A stretch of DNA of 22,853 nucleotides. Origin: a virus. Below the pieces are notes generated by a model. That model made no database searches. It was not told where the DNA came from and saw only the letters and a program-made list of their open reading frames with translations. The stretch covers positions 1 to 22,853 of the IMG/VR virus record IMGVR_UViG_3300012835_000001; one strand, given 5' to 3'. Position 1 is the stretch's first letter, and every line of letters starts with the position of its first letter. The position numbers and the translations under genes are program-made. This document shows positions 21,928-22,853 of the stretch, in pieces.

Positions 21928-21962
21928 TCGGCGGGCCCCGAGGGGGTTTCGGGGCCCGCCGA
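21928..21962 (-). terminator. 14-bp perfect GC-rich stem-loop in the early operon (I-shaped terminator / antitermination target candidate)
   Basis: TCGGCGGGCCCCGA (21928..21941) pairs perfectly with TCGGGGCCCGCCGA (21949..21962) around a 7-nt loop. No U-tract on either strand. It lies in the 85-nt gap between two early genes. Confidence 0.5.
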
Positions 21963-21994
21963 GTCTGTGTCAGGCACCGACGGCCGCACGCCGG

Positions 21995-22261
21995 TCATCG
22001 CTTCGCCTCCGCGCCGAAGTAGAGCTCGACGATCCCGCGCGCCGTGACGTAGGCATCCTTCGCCGTCGCGAGACGCTGGTCAGCGACCAGCAGCGGCATC
22101 ACGATCGACTTGGCCTCGTCGGATTGCATCTTGTGGCCGGCCTCGAGGCGCGCCCTGAGCTCCTCGCCAGCTGCGCGGCAGCTCTCGTACTCGAAAAGCG
22201 CGTCGAGCAGCTGGTTGCCCAGCTGGATCACCCGCTCGCGCGGATCCGTCGACGAGCTCAC
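21995..22261 (-). CDS. Hypothetical helical protein, 88 aa
   Basis: Track ORF with a 4-nt overlap with the Cro-position gene. Confidence 0.6.
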   Translation of the reverse strand: MSSSTDPRERVIQLGNQLLDALFEYESCRAAGEELRARLEAGHKMQSDEAKSIVMPLLVADQRLATAKDAYVTARGIVELYFGAEAKR

Positions 22262-22482
22262 GACGCCGCCTTCATCTGCTCGAGGCGCTCCTGTAGCGAT
22301 CGCGCGGCGCGTTCGACGAGTTCGTCGACGTCGTCGGTGTGGAACAGGAAGGCACCGCGCGAGCCGGGTGCTCGTAGCGCGGGCGTGAGCTCGCCTCGCT
22401 CGACGAGGCGGGCGACGGATCGAGTGGTCATGCCAAGACGCTCCGCCACCTGTCGGGTTGATTCAAGTCGCGAGTTAGACAT
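22258..22482 (-). CDS. Excisionase/MerR-type HTH DNA-binding protein, 74 aa, in the Cro position (first gene of the leftward operon)
   Basis: STRQVAERLGMTTRSVARLVERGELTPALRAPGSRGAFLF is a typical HTH_17-style domain. It is divergent from the XRE gene across an 84-bp gap. Confidence 0.7.
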   Translation of the reverse strand: MSNSRLESTRQVAERLGMTTRSVARLVERGELTPALRAPGSRGAFLFHTDDVDELVERAARSLQERLEQMKAAS

Positions 22483-22566
22483 ATGCCTAAGTCAAGACTG
22501 AGAGTTAGACGTATGTCAAGGACGACACACTCGACAACACCTAGAAGCCCGTCTAACGTTGGTCAC
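22472..22566. promoter_or_regulatory. Divergent switch region with repeated operator-like sites
   Basis: GAGTTAGAC[A/G]TATG occurs at 22472..22485 and 22502..22515, each followed by (G)TCAAG. The half-site is inverted as GTCTAAC at 22551..22557. The region has markedly lower GC than its surroundings. Confidence 0.5.
22531..22559 (+). promoter_or_regulatory. Promoter candidate for a leaderless repressor transcript
   Basis: TCGACA (22531..22536), a 17-nt spacer, then TAACGT (22554..22559, TANNNT type), ending 7 nt before ATG 22567. The GTCTAAC site overlaps the -10 element. Confidence 0.35.
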
Positions 22567-22853
22567 ATGGCGAAGGTGAATGTGTTCATGAACCCCGAGG
22601 CCGGCCAGATCCCCGAGTGGACGATCTTCGACCGGCTGAGGAAGGCGCGTGAGTGGGCCGGCTTCGAGCAGTCCGAGCTCGCCGCCGCGTCGGGGATCTC
22701 GCGTGCGACGATCTCATCCGCGGAGAACGGCCATCGCGCCCCGAGCCCGATGACGAGCCGCCTCTGGGCACTCGCGACCGGGGTACCTGAGTCGTGGATC
22801 CTGACGGGCGTGGTGCCGGTGGAGGAAGGCCCTGATCCCGTTACACATCGTTA
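22567..22853 (+). CDS. XRE-family (CI-like) HTH repressor, N-terminal part; continues at 1..184
   Basis: The protein MAKVNVFMNPEAGQIPEWTIFDRLRKAREWAGFEQSELAAASGISRATISSAENGHRAP is a classic XRE helix-turn-helix. GC3 is high from 22567 onward and low upstream. The frame runs off the window end without a stop. Confidence 0.8.
   Translation, partial: MAKVNVFMNPEAGQIPEWTIFDRLRKAREWAGFEQSELAAASGISRATISSAENGHRAPSPMTSRLWALATGVPESWILTGVVPVEEGPDPVTHR
22731..22853. repeat. Terminal direct repeat, copy 2 (identical to 1..123)
   Basis: 123/123 identity with the window start. Confidence 0.97.

Larger units (their letters stand above)
1..22853. mobile_element. Complete, circularly permuted genome of a small temperate tailed phage / excised prophage (unit 22,730 bp), high-GC actinobacterial type
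   Basis: Full HK97-like morphogenesis set, lysis cassette, integrases and a divergent HTH switch are present. The 123-bp identical ends close the circle. Coding density is above 90 percent. Confidence 0.85.

Noticed and set aside
22510-22520. GTATGTCAAGG resembles the XerD-side arm (TTATGTCAAGT) of actinobacterial dif sites as I recall them
   Set aside because: The expected 6-bp spacer and left arm upstream do not match a dif-like site at all. This is most likely a chance partial match within the operator repeats.
22513-22566. Upstream in-frame ATG at 22513 for the XRE repressor
   Set aside because: The 18 extra codons have about 50% third-position GC, against more than 85% in the body of the gene. 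They also overlap the operator-like repeats and the promoter candidate.
1-22853. CRISPR arrays, rRNA genes, insertion sequences, transposase genes
   Set aside because: I saw no regularly spaced repeats, rRNA-like conserved segments or transposase motifs. The only long repeat is the 123-bp terminal overlap.

Overview
The window is one essentially complete mobile genome: a small, high-GC temperate tailed-phage or excised-prophage genome of actinobacterial type, unit length 22,730 bp. It is a circular assembly opened inside a gene, since bases 1..123 are identical to 22731..22853. Five + strand genes form a lysogeny module: an XRE/CI-like repressor split by the window ends, a Cys/His-rich 128-aa protein, two tandem Xer-like tyrosine recombinases and a lipoprotein. 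The remaining ~45 genes (2890..22482) are on the - strand, tightly packed, with about twenty 4-nt ATGA/GTGA start-stop overlaps. They comprise an early block of small Cys-rich/zinc-ribbon and HTH proteins plus a P-loop::HNH fusion. Next comes an HK97-type packaging and head module (terS candidate, TerL, portal, S78-type protease, major capsid). This is followed by neck and tail genes (gp6-like connector, tube candidate, short tape measure, large tail-tip protein with CBM-like domains, tail fibre with S74-type chaperone). A lysis cassette (Cys-peptidase endolysin, holin) ends the strand. I found no rRNA, tRNA, CRISPR array or recognisable replication gene. The most notable items are the dual-recombinase cassette bracketed by CGTCAYGTGACAG repeats, the P-loop::HNH fusion, a 363-bp non-coding island with 13-bp repeats in the early operon, a face-to-face terminator pair upstream of the terminase genes, and several perfect GC-rich hairpins at operon junctions. 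All functional calls come from motif recognition by eye; no database search or folding calculation was possible.
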